Source: Cenococcum geophilum (lineage: Eukaryota). Taken from it: 64,000 nucleotides of DNA. The stretch lies in NCBI GenBank assembly GCA_050273025.1, contig CP158635.1:9052001-9116000 (forward strand). Reading direction: 5' to 3'. The notes below the pieces were generated by a model. That model was not told where the DNA came from. It ran no database searches and was given only the letters and a program-made list of their open reading frames with translations. Both the position numbers and the translations under genes were made by a program. Shown piece after piece: positions 35,560-49,397 of the stretch; the stretch's first letter is position 1; every line of letters starts with the position of its first letter.

Positions 35560-38555
35560 ATACTACCAAAAGCAGCCACTATAACGCTATTAACGGCAGC
35601 AATTACATTAAGGTCAGGTAACGACACTAGTATAGCAGACACTGACTTACAGCAACCTATAACGGTCAGACAGCTACAAGAAATAGTCGACTAGTTAACA
35701 GAAAATAATACAGCGTTAAAAAATAGGATTAACGGAATAGGCGCAGTAAAGGTTAAGTTACTATCAATTAAAAGATACTTAGGAGAGAGATCAAAGCTTA
35801 AAGGATTCCTTACGTAAATGCACTTTAAGGTAGCGCAAGAGGGAGCTAAGCTGGCAATACCTATGGATTAAATAGCATATGCAGGATTGTTCTTAATAGG
35901 AAGAGCACTTAAGTAGTTTAAGCCTTACCTTACGGAGATCTAAGTAAACGGAATAACAACTACAAACTAAGAGGTACGGTTTATGTTCTTAAGCTAAAAT
36001 AGATTTATAGAGCGACTTATATAAATGTTTAGAGACCTAGAGGCAGTAACTACGGCGGAAAGAAAACTCTAAGACATTACGCAATAAACCTTAGCAATTA
36101 AGTATATAATATAGTTCTAAACGTTAGCAATATAAGTTAAGTAAAATAATAGGGCGCTTATAGCACAGTATAAATAGGGACTTAAGGCTAAAGTCTAGGA
36201 CGCAATTATCCTAATAGAAGATGCGGATACCCTAAGGGAACTAATAGATTAAGCAATTAAGATTAATAATCGAATCTACTAAAGGGAGCAGGCTAAGAAA
36301 GGTTAGGATAGAGTTCTATAGTTATATAAGGCGCAAAGTACGCAACAACTAAAGCTAAGTTAAAAACTATGGTATAGCGCAGAGCTAATAGACCTAAGTG
36401 GTACTAAAGAAGCCTATAAGAGATAAAGCAAAAAACCGTAGAAACCTAGGGGATAAGGATTAAGTAATTAAAGGTCTAAGGAGCAGAGGCTAAACTAAGG
36501 ATCTTAGCAGCAGAAGATGTTTAGGCAGACTCTATAGCAAAAGTAATAGTTTAGAGAGGAAGCTTATATAAATTATAGGAAATAAGGTTACTTTGCAAGG
36601 GATTATAAGGATAGTTAGAGATACTATATAATAAAGGGAACTAGACTAATAGTAGACAATATATATATATAGAGGGACGATAATATACTGCGAGGAACAA
36701 AAGAATATTTAATTAAAAGTTTCGCGTTTTATTACAATAACGTATACCAAATTTATAAGGACGCTAAGTACGGCGTAAGCTACTAGCTATAGGAGCTAGC
36801 ACCTACAGGATATAGAGGAACTAATAAACCAGTTCGTAGATCGGACATTAAGGACGATAAATTTAATATAGGCAAAACATTTCGTAACAATAAGGTAATA
36901 AGAGCGGTTTACTAGGAACACGTAGCCATCGGAGATATTACACTAAAGGTAGAGGATAATTCTACTACAGAATAGGGAATATTAGTAGGGATTAAGACCC
37001 TACTAAATATAATGTCTATCGCTTTACAAGACGCAAAAGAAGTAGGATAGTAAACTACTTCGGCACTTAATAAAGGCAAAAGGCCAAAGGCTTAAGATTC
37101 TTAAGATAAGATAAAAGATAACTAAGATTCTTAAAATAAGATAAGGTAAGCTTAAGGACCCACAACGGATAAAAACCAATAGAGTAGAGTAGTAGCTTAG
37201 TTTAAGAATATACAAATAAGCTTAGGATAGAGACTCCTATAGGTATAAGACTCTTAAGACGAAATAAGTAAGATTTAAGACTTTTAAGACGAGATAAGAA
37301 CACTAAGTAAGCCTAGTTGGACTAAGGCTGGAGCTAAGCTTAAGTTAGAAGTAAGCTTGGGATTAATAAATCTAAGGGACTAAGAATTCGGGGTATAAAT
37401 TAGGACACCTATAGGTAAGAGGCAAGGAGCTTCTTTATAGATTAGAGAATCTGTAGTATAAATAGTAACTAGACTAGGAGACAGACATATAGACCCAGAG
37501 GACTTATTAGTAGAACACAGTATTCGGACTAAAGATTGAAGAGTTAATACCAAGATTAAGAAGTAAGAAGACTTTAAGGATCTATTAGCAAGACGTAAAC
37601 TAAAAGAAACCATAGAAGAATTTAGGTAAAGAATTATCGTATAGCAAGAACAGAAACTAGATAAGAGATCTAGCATATTAGGATATATAAAGGATAGAGC
37701 GCTAGTGTAAAGAATTACCAATAGGCCTAGAATAGGCACACTAAGAGCTAAGTGGCTTACCAAACTAGAAAACAAAGAGGATTTAGGAATTCCTACTAGG
37801 TTTAAAAAACGACACATAAGGGGCTATTATAACGCAGTAATAAGAAGATACTTCCTTACGGACAGACCGTATATACTCTAGCAGTTGTACTAAAAGTAGT
37901 ATAGGCAGCGACATAACGATAAGTAGGAAGATTTCTACATATAGTTGGATAAGAAAGTTATTTAAAACCACCTAATTATAAAGAAGGCTATAACTTATAT
38001 TAAAGGAGCCTTAATTATAACGTTAAAGGATCTAGAGGAATAATTAGAGGATTAGAGAAGTAAGAGACGTATTTTAATACCTATAAATAAAGTTATAACG
38101 TTTAGATCAGTATAATAGAGGTTTAAACTTAAGGATAAAGATAAGCCGAGAGTTAACCTAAAGCACCTAGCATACTACACGTTATTATAGATTGCGTGCG
38201 TAGACGATATATATAAAATATATAAGAATCCAAAAGAAAAGAATCGGAAATACCTTATAAGGATATACTAGATAACGGATAAGTAATAGTATAGGAATAC
38301 TAAATATATATATAGATGGCATCCAGCAGAAGTCCAAAAGGAAGGAAATTTAATACTTTAACTAGGAAGATTCCTTACGGAAGAATGCTTAGACGGATAA
38401 TAATAATAGAAATGCCTAGAAAATACGTATCTATAGTATATTAAAGATAAAAAGCGAACTAGGCATTAGCTAAAGAATGAGCTAAGTGCGTAAGAATTAA
38501 GTAGCTAATAGTTAGGAAAAGTAGAGGCCTATAGGACTAGAGGGAGCTAGTAATA
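35560..38555 (+). pseudogene. gag: Very long gag of A2 (capsid, CCHC knuckle, ~650-codon C-terminal extension)
   Basis: ATA (ATG in A1) at 35560; GERSKLKGFLT; knuckle AYINYRK*GYFARDY near 36560-36610; candidate gag/pol frameshift TTAGGAAAAG near 38512. Confidence 0.75.
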
Positions 38556-39504
38556 AAGCCTTAGACCCTTAAAGGAATTTAAGGACAACACCTAAATTTA
38601 TAAGTTAATTGGCAAGATTAGTAGTTTAAGGCATTAATAGATAGTAGAGCAATAAGAAACCATATCTCGTTAGCAGCAGTTAAAAGGATGGGATTACCTC
38701 ACAGACAAAAGGAGGAACCTTACCTATTAGTGACAATTTTAGGAGATCCAATAGCCTACGGAGGAAGGATTATTAATCTTAAAACAGGACCTATTTAGTT
38801 AACTATTAAAGGGAGATAAATCGAGATGTCTTTTAATATCTTACCATTAGGACAGGACGAGGCAGTATTAGAAATGCTTTAGTTATAGGAATACAATCTA
38901 AAGATTGATTAGATTATAGGTTAGGTCGATATTAGAGATACTTAACGCCATAAGATATAATAATAAGCCAAGTTAATATAGTACTAAGTCGGAGCAATAT
39001 ATAAAAAGACTAAGTAAGGCTTAAGTTATATACTAAAGAGATATCATAAGTATAGTAAGAAACTATAGTCACCAAAAAGTAAAAAGCTGTTAAAGTATAT
39101 AGTATAGGACTATAAGATAGAATTAGAACTAGGAATAAGTCCAAAGTTCTTTCCAATCTATAAGCTTACTAAAGAAGAAGGTAGAGCATTAAAAGAGTTT
39201 ATTTAAGAGAACTTATAAAAGGGATATATTAGATCATCGCAGTTATTAGCGGGATATCTAATATTGTTTATACTAAAGAAGAATAGCAAACTAAGACTGT
39301 GTATCAACTATAGACAGTTAAACAGCATTACTAAAAAGGATAGGTATTCTTTACCCTTAATTAGCGAAATCTAAGACAGGATAGGCAATATATAAATCTT
39401 TACGAAGATAGATCTAAGATAGGCGTACCATTAGATCAGAATTAAGGAAGGCGATAAATAGAAGGCAGCCTTTAGGTTAAAGGAAGGACTGTATAAACTA
39501 TTAG

Positions 39505-39696
39505 TGTCACGGAACCCCACCGCAGGGGCCTCCATAGGAGAGCCCCGTGCTCTCACGTACACCTCACGTACAGCTTATGTCAGCTACGCGTAGGTATATC
39601 ACCTCCTTACGCCCTCGACCCTTACGATTGATCGCGCAACGTCTTGTAGACTCCTCGAATATATACGTCTTGTAGCCACTGCCCCGTCCCGTGACA
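39505..39696 (+). repeat. 5' LTR of family C
   Basis: Near-identical to 45657-45848. Confidence 0.97.
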
Positions 39697-42600
39697 TTAC
39701 GTTGCGCCTTTTTACTACCGACACCTAGCCTATGACCAATTCTACGTCTCTGTAATACTATAGGCGCTGCTAGAAGCAGCGTGCCTATAAGTTACCTCAC
39801 TTTATACTTCCAAGGAACCCATAATAGTAAGATGATATTCCTTACTAGCCACTATATTAAACCTAAAGAACAATCTAATACCTATACTTAACCTACGACG
39901 CCAATTAATCCCAGGAGAATTTGATTTATTAGCCCTAGCCTTAACCCCTAAGGAGATGGACACTAATAATGTCTTATCTTTTATTGACTATATAACTACG
40001 GACAAGCAAGTGGAAGGGCTACTACCTATTGAAATCGAAATACGAGACGCCGAGATATTTGTAAAAATGGTAGCATAAGAACCTGATAAATACTACCGCC
40101 TTCTATAGAACTACTACCTAAAGCTTATATAAGCCGAGATGCGTACTGCTTAAGATTATAATATTATCTAAGACCTACAAGCTTATAAGGCGCTCGCCGA
40201 TAATATATGTTAAGAAACTAAAGACGACCTCTGTGTGTCTAAACGCGACGTCTAATAGTTAAAGAAGGCTAAGATTGCACTTATTGCTACGGTTACTAAA
40301 AGAGAAGGTATAATTAAATACCTATAATCTTAGCTTAACGAGCATATTCATAATAACGCCAGACACCTCTCTACTGTATATAACGCCACTTAAGTCTCTA
40401 CGCCCCCGGCAACTTCACCTACTTAACGCTTGACGGAGGGTTAGCGCCAAGCAGCCTTACCTAACAGGAACCCCTACTAAAGTGATGATAAAAGCTATAA
40501 CGACTAAACCTAAGCTGCTACTGTAGGGTTTAATGCATATTACCCTAATCCCCTAGTTTTCTAGGGAGACCGTAAAGAATATAGCCACTAGAAGATGTAA
40601 ATCCGCGAAAAACTAACTTAAAGCGCCTGCCTTTTTCCTATAAAAGACACTAAGATTAGCTATATTATTAGGCGAATAAAGGGTACACTATTTAATAGAC
40701 TCTTCGCCCGATGGGAGACCAATGGCCCCTAGAAGTGGTAGTCCTACTAAGAAGTCCTTAACGATCTTAACCTAATATACCGCGACTACGACCTACTAGC
40801 TACTAACTAAGCTAAACTATATGCCCTAAAAATAAGCCCTACTGAATTATTTAATAAGTTCTATGTTAAATTCCAGGAATATACCGGAGCCCTCGCCTGA
40901 GACGATACTGAAGACTAGGAAGATCTCCTTAAAAAAGTCACTTATTGCCTTAGTTACGCAGCTGCTAGCTATAACTATAATAATGTTTATAATATAGTAG
41001 CAGCTATACGGAAGATTAAACGACGACTAAATTAGATTGCTACTGTAAACCCCCGCCCGAAGACCTCCCTATAGAAGCCCTCCGGACCTACTAAACCACT
41101 AACGCCTACTACCCTAAGCAACACTACTAGTCCTAATATTAACCTTTCTATACTAACCTTCCCGTAGAAGCTACTAGATAGAGAACGCGAGCTACTCTAA
41201 AAGCTAAAGCGTTGCTATAGATATCGTTAAGAAGGCTGTTATAGCTATAGCCTAAACTGCCTAATGGCTAGGTTTAGTAGCCGCCGCCTAATATTTAACC
41301 TAGCACCTCGAACACCAAATACGTTATTATATGCCACTACCGTATAAGACGAAGACGTAGTAATAGCGGTAGAGTTAGATACGGAAACGGAAAATGCTAA
41401 GTCCTAGCCCTAAGTTGTAGGTTAGGACGCCCTAATAATAAGGGGATCTATATATCGGCCTGCTTAATAAATAACTTAGTAAAGATAAATAGACGGAAAT
41501 AGATAGTTTTACCCATAATAGGAACTACTGCTAAAAAACAATATAAAAGCCGTTCTATAATTAATTATAGAGCTATTAATAAATTTATAGATACCTAATT
41601 TGTGCGTACTTATAACCTACCTACCTTACCCCTTACTAAAGCCCGCGCCCTATAACTCGCCGACGGTAGTTGTATTATATAGAAGATTACCTACATAGCA
41701 CAACTCTACCTAGATATAAATGGGCACTAGGAAGAACTCTAGGCCTATATTATACTACTTACTAACTACCCTATTATCCTTAGAATGAACTAGCTTAAAT
41801 AACATAACCCTACCATTAACTGGAAAAAGAGAGAAGTAACCTTTAACTTTAAATACTGTAGAGAGACCTGCCTAGGATATAGCCTAGCCGCCTTTATCTA
41901 CTCCCTAAGATACCAACCTAAGGAACCCCTTATTACCCTACCTATAACTAACTGCTACTATATAAGTGCCGCGGCCTTCTACCGTATAGTACGTAGGAAA
42001 GGCTAGACCGTTACCGTAGCCTCCTAATTACAACTATATAAGCTTAATAAAGAATAGGACTACGTCCTTTATAGTAATAGGATAGATATAGTTGACCTCC
42101 TAGAAAATAATGCCCCCGTAAAACTCTACGGACTTTTACCTTTAGACTTTAAGAAGTTTATAAAGCTTAAAAAAGGACTTACTAATAAGGAACTCCGTAA
42201 GCTCCTCCCTAAGAGGTACTATAACTTTATTAATATATGCTTATAAAAGAGCGCAGATATACTCCCCCCATATTAACCTAATAACTATGCCATTAATATT
42301 AAATAAGGAAAAACGCTACCCTATAAGAGACCCTACCTAATATTAAAAGACGAACTTTTAGTTGTCAAAAAGTATATCAACAAATACCTCAATAAAGGGT
42401 TTATTCGCCCTAGTATGTCCCTAGCAGCCGCCCCTATCCTCTTTACTAAGAAGCTAGGAGGAGGTATTTAATTCTACGTTAACTATAGAGGACTTAACAC
42501 TATTATGATTAAGAACCGATACCCTATACCGCTTATATATAAGACTCTTAAACAGCTTAGCTAAGCCAAAATCTATACCAAGCTTAATATTATCGCCGCC

Positions 42601-45600
42601 TTTAACCACCTTTAAATACGAGAAGGTAACGAATGGAAAACCGCATTCGTATTGCGCTTTAGCTAATTTAAATATACCGTTATGCCCTTTAGCGTATGTA
42701 ACGGCCCAGGCAGCTTCTAAAGCTATATTAATAACGCCTTATAGGACTACCTTAACGACTTCTGCTCTGCGTACCTAGACGATATACTTATTTATAGCGA
42801 TGACCCTTTTAAGTATACTAAGCACGTTTAAAAGGTCCTATAGCGCCTTAGGGACGTAGGACTTTATATTAATTTAAAGAAGTGTGAATTCTTAGTTACA
42901 GAAGTAAAATACCTTAGACTAATTATTACTACTAAGGGTGTTTATATGGACCCTAAGAAGGTATATATAATTACCGAATAGTAAACCCTTAACTGCATTA
43001 AAGACGTATAAGCTTTCCTTAGTTTCGCTAACTTTTATCAAAAATTCATATATAACTTCTCGGGTGTTATAGCACTACTTATAGCAATAATGCGAATAAA
43101 GGGCCTTTCTGCGAAAGGAAGAAAAATATATTTATATTTTATCTAGACGCCTAAATGCAAGAAGGCGTTTTAAGACCTTAAAGATGCTTTTACCAAAGTA
43201 CTTATCCTAGCTTACTTTATACCAGGACAATAACTCTATCTTAAGACTAACTCTTTAAACCATATTAACGTAGGCGTCCTTTCCTAGATAGGCGACAATA
43301 GTTTCCTCTACCTAGTCGCATTCTATTTATCTAAGCTTATACTATAAGAATATAATTATAAGATTTATAATAAGGAACTTCTTGCGATTGTATAAGCGTT
43401 TAAGGAATTCTAACCGGAACTTTCCTTAGTAGAACCTGACTAGCTAACTAAAGTCCTTACAGATTATCGTAACCTTAAGTACTTTATAACTACGAAACAG
43501 CTAAACCGACGCTAAGTACGCTAGAACGAGTTCCTCTCTAATTTTAACTTTAAAATTATATATAGGCTAGAAGTATAAGGTATTAAGCCTAATAGTTTAA
43601 TACGCCGCTTATAAGACCTTCCTTAGTCTAAAGATAACCCCTATAACCAGTTCCAATAATAAACAATCCTAAAAGCACGGAATTTGGCCTAAGGTATGCT
43701 ACCTATAATAGAGCCAACTATACCTTAGCTCCACACTATAGAACTAAAATTACCTCCCAAAATTAACGAGCTTATTACTACAGCATATAACACCTCTATT
43801 GACCTATTACTGTATTAACTTATTGCCGCAAAGACTGCTAGCGCCTGTATGTTGCCAACTAAACTCTAAAGCTTAGGCTAGATTAATATAGCAGCCTTAA
43901 AAGTAAAAGAAAACAGGCTCTATTATAGAGGCCGTCTATTTATCCCTAACTTAAAAAATCTACAACGGTAACTAATCTAAATAGCCCACGACCTCTAATT
44001 AAGCGGCTATCTAGATAAAGGAGGAACCTATAAGCTTCTTAGCCGATACTACTTCTGGCCTAAAATAATAAACTTAGTTAAACGCTTTATAGGCGCCTGC
44101 TACGGTTATAAGCGCGCTAAGGCCTTTAATATAAAGTACTAAGGACTACTACACCTTCTACTAGTACCTATACGATAATAGGCAGATATCGCTATAGATT
44201 TCGTTATTAACCTACTACCCTATAAGCGACATGGCCGTACCTATAAGAATATTCTTATAATAATATACCGACTTATAAAAAAGCGCCACTACGTCCTAAC
44301 CGAAGGCGTAGCCGTTAGCAACGTCACTAATGCCTTTCTTCGCGAAATCTACCGATTATATAGGTTACCTAACTCGATTACGTCTAACTAAGGCATATAG
44401 TTCGGCTCTGATATATAGAGACGAATCTACTAACGCCTTGGCATCTCCGTTAAGATATCTATATCCTTTTACCATAAAACTACTAGGCAACTAGAAAACG
44501 CTAATGCTAGTATAAAAGCGTACCTACAACAGGTAGTTGCCTATAGTTAAGATAACTAGGTGGATTACCTCCCACTAGGTGAATTCGCAGCGAATAACCA
44601 CGTCTTAACTACTATAGGACTTACCCTATTCTTCGCGAACAAGGGATATTACCCCTAATTTAGCATAGAACCACCAGAACCTATTAATAAGAAACTGCCA
44701 TATAGAAAACGCCTTAAGATACTACTTACTAACTAGTATACAGACCATATAAAAAATCTACTTAACTACTATAAGGGAGAAATGGCCTGGGCTTAAGCAA
44801 AGTAGGCTTACTTCGCCGACCATTATAAAACGCCACCACTGGAGATACGTATTAGCGACTAGGTATGGCTAGATATACGCAATATCTCTATATAGAGGCC
44901 TATAAAGTCACTCGATTATAAGAACCTTAGCCCCTACCTAATTAAATAAATTATTAATAGGGGAGCCGTATACGAGCTAGAGCTCCTACCTACCCTAGCC
45001 ACCCGCGGGATATAGCCTGTATTTTACCTATAGCTACTACACCTTCACCAGCCTAACCCCTTACCGGGGCAGATATAGCCCGAACCCCTATTAGTACTAA
45101 TCCGAGATAAGAATAAAGATGAGAACTATAAGGAGTGGACTGTTAAACGAATTATTAACTCTAAATACTTTAGTAAAGGCAGAGGACGATGGCTCTACTA
45201 CAGAGCTATATACACAGGATTCAACATAGATTAGCCAGAATGGCAACTATAGGAAGACTTCAAAAATGCAAAGGATCTAATTAGCGACTTTTACTACGCG
45301 AACCTATAGAAACCGGGCCTAAGCAGAGATTTTATACCTAATCCTCTATAGGAGCCCTTATAGAGTTAAACCGTTATACATTACCACATAGGGGCAAATT
45401 GCCGTTAGATTGCCGTTAGATTGTGATAAAGTGCGATCACGTAACTAGAATATCGTTAAGATGTCCAGGAACTTTAACCGGCGGTTAAAGTTATCTAATT
45501 GGTCGGATTCTTAGATGCTAAGCCTTATTATATAATATTGTTTTAAGCCTTTAGTAATACCCCCCTTTCTTCTTTTCTATACCCTAAGTGTCCCTTCTAT

Positions 45601-45656
45601 ATATATATAGTAACCACAGCGTCGCCGGAGCTCCGCCTCTATAGGAGGGGGGGTAG

Positions 45657-45848
45657 TGTTACGAAACCCCACCGCAGGGGCCTCCATAGGAGAGCCCCGT
45701 GCTCTCGCGTACACCTCGCGTACAGCTTATGTCAGCTACGCGTAGGTATATCACCTCCTTACGCCCTCGACCCTTACGATCGATCGCGCAACGTCTTGTA
45801 AACTCCTCGAATATATACGTCTTATAGCCACTGCCCCGTCCCATAACA
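45657..45848 (+). repeat. 3' LTR of family C
   Basis: Near-identical to 39505-39696 and preceded by the PPT. Confidence 0.97.
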
Positions 45849-48211
45849 ATTAGTTATGCAATTTAGGCTTATAAACGCACCAGTAACGTTCTAGAAGTGT
45901 ATTAACAATATATTAGGAGAACACTTGGATGAATTTATTATAGTATACCTTAACGACATTATTATCTACTTAATGACTAAGGAAGAACACGGGGAATATG
46001 TTAAATAGGTTTTAAGGAGACTATAAGAAGAATAGATGCTAGTAGCAATTAAGAAATGCAAGTTCTTTACTAGGAAGACCAATTTCGTCGGATTTATTAT
46101 TAAACTAGGCTAACTTAGTATAGATCTAAGGAAGATCGAGGCTATAGTGAATTAGTAAGAACTAGAGAACGTCACGCAGTTAAGATCGTTTTTAGGGTTT
46201 TGCAATTACTGCAGAAGGTTTATAGCGCAATAGTTAAAGAATATTAAACCATTTACGCGATTAATAAAGAAAGAAGAACTATAGGCATAGGGAGAGGAAC
46301 AAAGAGAACTCTTTAAGAAAATTAAAGAGTTATTTACCCGAGAGCTAGTTCTTAAAATCTATTAACTAGGACTAGAAACGGTTATAAAAATAGATGCATT
46401 AGACTATATACTAAGAGCATGCTTTATATAGAAACATTAAGATAGATAGCACCTAGTAGCATATTATAGTCGGAAGATAATACCACTAGAGTTAAACTAT
46501 AACATCTATAACAAGGAGTTGCTAGGTATAGTTACAGTATTAAAGGAATAGAGAGCATTCTTATAAGGTATAGAGAAACTATTTATAGTTAAGACGGATT
46601 ATAAAAACCTAATAGGATTTTTAACAATAAAGGAGCTTAACTAAAGACAGGTTAGATAGGCAGAGATACTTATAGAATACTATTTTAAGATTTAGTATAC
46701 TAAGGGTATAGATAATACGCGGGCAGATACTCTAAGCTGTAAAGCTAAACTATAAAATAATAAGAAGCCATTAGGGGCTTTACTGCGAAAAAACACAGAC
46801 GGATTAATTAGGTATAATTATCCAAAAATCATAGCGACTTAAGAAGATAATAAATTAGATAAAGTCTATAAGACACCAGAGAGCTTTTAGGCGTAAAGAA
46901 TTCTAGAAGAATAGCTAGAAGATCTATAGACGGATATATATAAAAATTAAGAAGTAAAGTATATCCTAAGAAGCATAGCAGAGCAATTTATAGAAGAATT
47001 CTATAAGGGATTAACTTAAGGACATAATAGAGCTACGGGCTTAGTGTTAAGACTCTAAAAGGAGTATATTATTAATAAAATCTAGGGAATAGCTAGGAAA
47101 GTTATAAAAGAGTATCTAGATTGCTAAAGGAATAAACTAATAAGGCATAAGCCATATAGAGGGCTATAACCTATTAAAATACCAGAGAGACCATAGGAGG
47201 TCATATTATAGGACTTTATTGTTAAGTTACTAAAGTTAAGAGACCCTATTATTGGACAAAATTATAACGTAATTTTAGTAATAGTAGACAAGCTTATAAA
47301 GTGGGGATACTTTATAGCATATACAGAAGAAATCTCAGCGGAAGATGTCGCTAGAATCTATATTAAAGAAGTGTTTATAAGATATAGAGTACTAAGTAAG
47401 ATTATATCGGACAGAGATCTAAGATTCGTAATAGTATTCTAGGAAGTATTCTTAGCAAAGTAAGGAGTTTAAGCAGCAACTTCTACCGCATATTATCTAC
47501 AGACAGACGGTTAAATGGAAAGATTAAATTAGACACTAGAACAGTATCTAAAGTATTATATTAATCATGCATAGAACAATTAGGTATTATTATTACTAGT
47601 TATACAGTTTATATACAACGCAACGCTATAGGAAGGTATAGGTATATTACTATTTAAGGCAAATTACGGATATAAGCTAAGAATATTATTATTACTAAGA
47701 TAAGTAAAGAAAACGAGTAGCACAGCTAAAGAAAGAATAAAGATATTAATAAATCTTTATATAGACCTTATAGAATTAATAAAGAAAGTACAAGAGAGAA
47801 TAAAAAGGTACTATAATACTAAGAGATCTAAGGGACTAGATTTTAAGGAGGGAGATAAAGTATGGCTACTATATAAAAATTTTAAGAGTCAATAACTAAG
47901 TAAGAAGTTAGACTATGTTAAACTAGGACCTTTTAAAATTATATAAAGGATTTTATAGGTTATATTTAAGTTAAACCTACCAGCTAAAATAAAGATCTAC
48001 CCTATATAGCATATCGCAATGCTAGAGCTAGCATATAGGAATATTAAGCTACCGGTCTATAAGGCAGATATATATAAAGGATAAGAAGAAGACAAATAGC
48101 AAGTTTTAAAGATTATTAGTTATAAGGATATTAACAATAAAACATAGTACGAGGTTAAGTAAATAGGTTACACTAAGACTACCTAGGAGCTACTAGAGAA
48201 TTTAAAAAATA

Positions 48212-48863
48212 TTATAAGAAAGGTATAGGAGTATCAAAAGAGATTAGGTTAGGTAGTATTAACAAAAAAGGATTACTAAAGAACGAGTCACCTAAGGGGG
48301 ACCTAAGAAGAGCAGTTGCCGAGCTACTCGGATCTATTTCCTTCTCTATTAGAAGAGAATCCGTTTTTTTATCGCCAAGTTCCTATAAACCTTATTCTAT
48401 AAGTTTCTACTCCTTAAAACAACCCTTCTTACGAACCTTCTTAAGACGAAGTAAACGAGTAGATGCCGCGATCTAAGTATCTAGGGCCTTCTATTCCGCA
48501 TTATAAGAACATTTTAACTTAGTAAGGGCTTAAGACAGTTTACTATCTAGCTGCGCAGTAGTAGATTAAATATAAAACCCTAAGAGAAATTAATTAGGGA
48601 ACCAGATAACTATTAAGAGTAATAGGTCGCGTATATTTAGTATTAAAGGTAGAGCAAACGTCGCAGGACAAATAAATATTCGCTTTAGTATACTCTAAGT
48701 AAGAGGACGGTTATTACAAAGATGGACTTACTAACGTAATATAAACTAACCCCTTTTTTAAACAGCGAGAATACGGAGACGGTATAATCTCACTAAGAGA
48801 TAATATTATAGCAATAGTACGAGCACAACGTTGGGCGTGTAAAGAAGAAATTACTTTAGGTAT
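48212..48863 (-). pseudogene. Antisense intron-containing Zn2Cys6-like + coiled-coil gene of A2
   Basis: Exon 1 (48863-48635) de-RIPs to C-x2-C-x6-C-x13-C-x2-C-x8-C. A 55-bp intron (48634-48580) creates DAE-W across the junction, and exon 2 is coiled-coil-like. The 3' end is uncertain and overlaps the pol end. Confidence 0.8.
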
Positions 48864-48971
48864 AATAAGCAATAATATTAACCAAATTAATTAGACGGAT
48901 ATTACACCTTTAGTAAATAACTTAGAGATATTTTAAATCTTTAAGAACAAAGATAAAGGGGAGGGGGATAG

Positions 48972-49397
48972 TGTTACGGACGCTTTAAGTATAATATTAT
49001 AACTACTTAGAGAAGAGACAAAAGAAGCTAATTAGTTAATTTAGGTACGGTCCAAGATGGAGCCGGTAGAACTATGTAACGAGGAATAGTAGCTAAGGTT
49101 ATATAATATACTACGTATTAAATAAAAGGAATAAGAGGAACTTATGTACCTTATATATAAGACGTACATTATATATAAGAAGGATTTTATAGGAGTACGG
49201 TTGTGTATTTAAGGACCCTTAGTCCCTACCTAGATAGTTCCTTCCTTATAGTGATTCTTAGAATATAATTGGAGTTAATCTATTAGGCAACCACTCCACT
49301 AGTTATTATTACGTTGTTAACTTTTGTACTTATATTTCCTATACACCTAGCCCAATAACAGGACCCACCGTAGTTCTTACTATAAGGTTCCATTATA
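48972..49397 (+). repeat. 3' LTR of A2
   Basis: 426 bp, homologous to 35090-35515, followed by TSD GGCAC. Confidence 0.96.

Larger units (their letters stand above)
39505..45848 (+). mobile_element. Gypsy/chromovirus family C, full length (6344 bp)
   Basis: 192-bp LTRs at 39505-39696 and 45657-45848 (TGTCAC..GTGACA); TSD ATTAG at 39500-39504 and 45849-45853; PPT AGGAGGGGGGG. RT MPFSVCNGP..AYLDDILIYS at ~42680-42800, integrase at ~43980-44640, chromodomain EWTVKRIINSK..PEWQ..KPGL at ~45130-45320. Confidence 0.97.
38560..48279 (+). pseudogene. pol: pol of A2 (PR-RT-RH-IN-chromodomain), split by family C at 39505-45848
   Basis: ALIDSRAIRNHIS; KLRLCINYRQLNSIT; GLYKLL|VMQFRLINAP rejoined across the insertion; YLNDIIIY; YL*TDG*MERLN; chromodomain YEVK*IGY..T*E. 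Confidence 0.92.
35090..49397 (+). mobile_element. Gypsy/chromovirus family A copy A2, full length, inserted in the LTR of A1 and interrupted by family C
   Basis: 426-bp LTRs at 35090-35515 and 48972-49397; TSD GGCAC at 35085-35089 and 49398-49402; polypurine tract (PPT) AAAGGGGAGGGGGA before the 3' LTR. Gag, protease (~38630), RT (YLNDIIIY ~45945), RNase H, integrase and chromodomain (~48085-48245) in order. Confidence 0.96.

Noticed and set aside
37024..37971. Minus-strand ORFs 37024-37215, 37380-37817, 37783-37971 (and 51595-51816)
   Set aside because: They are antisense shadows of the purine-rich family-A gag extension, with no motifs and no conserved start or length between copies.
45659..45844. 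61-aa ORF
   Set aside because: It lies wholly inside the family-C LTR, and its ATG corresponds to ACG in the 5' LTR.
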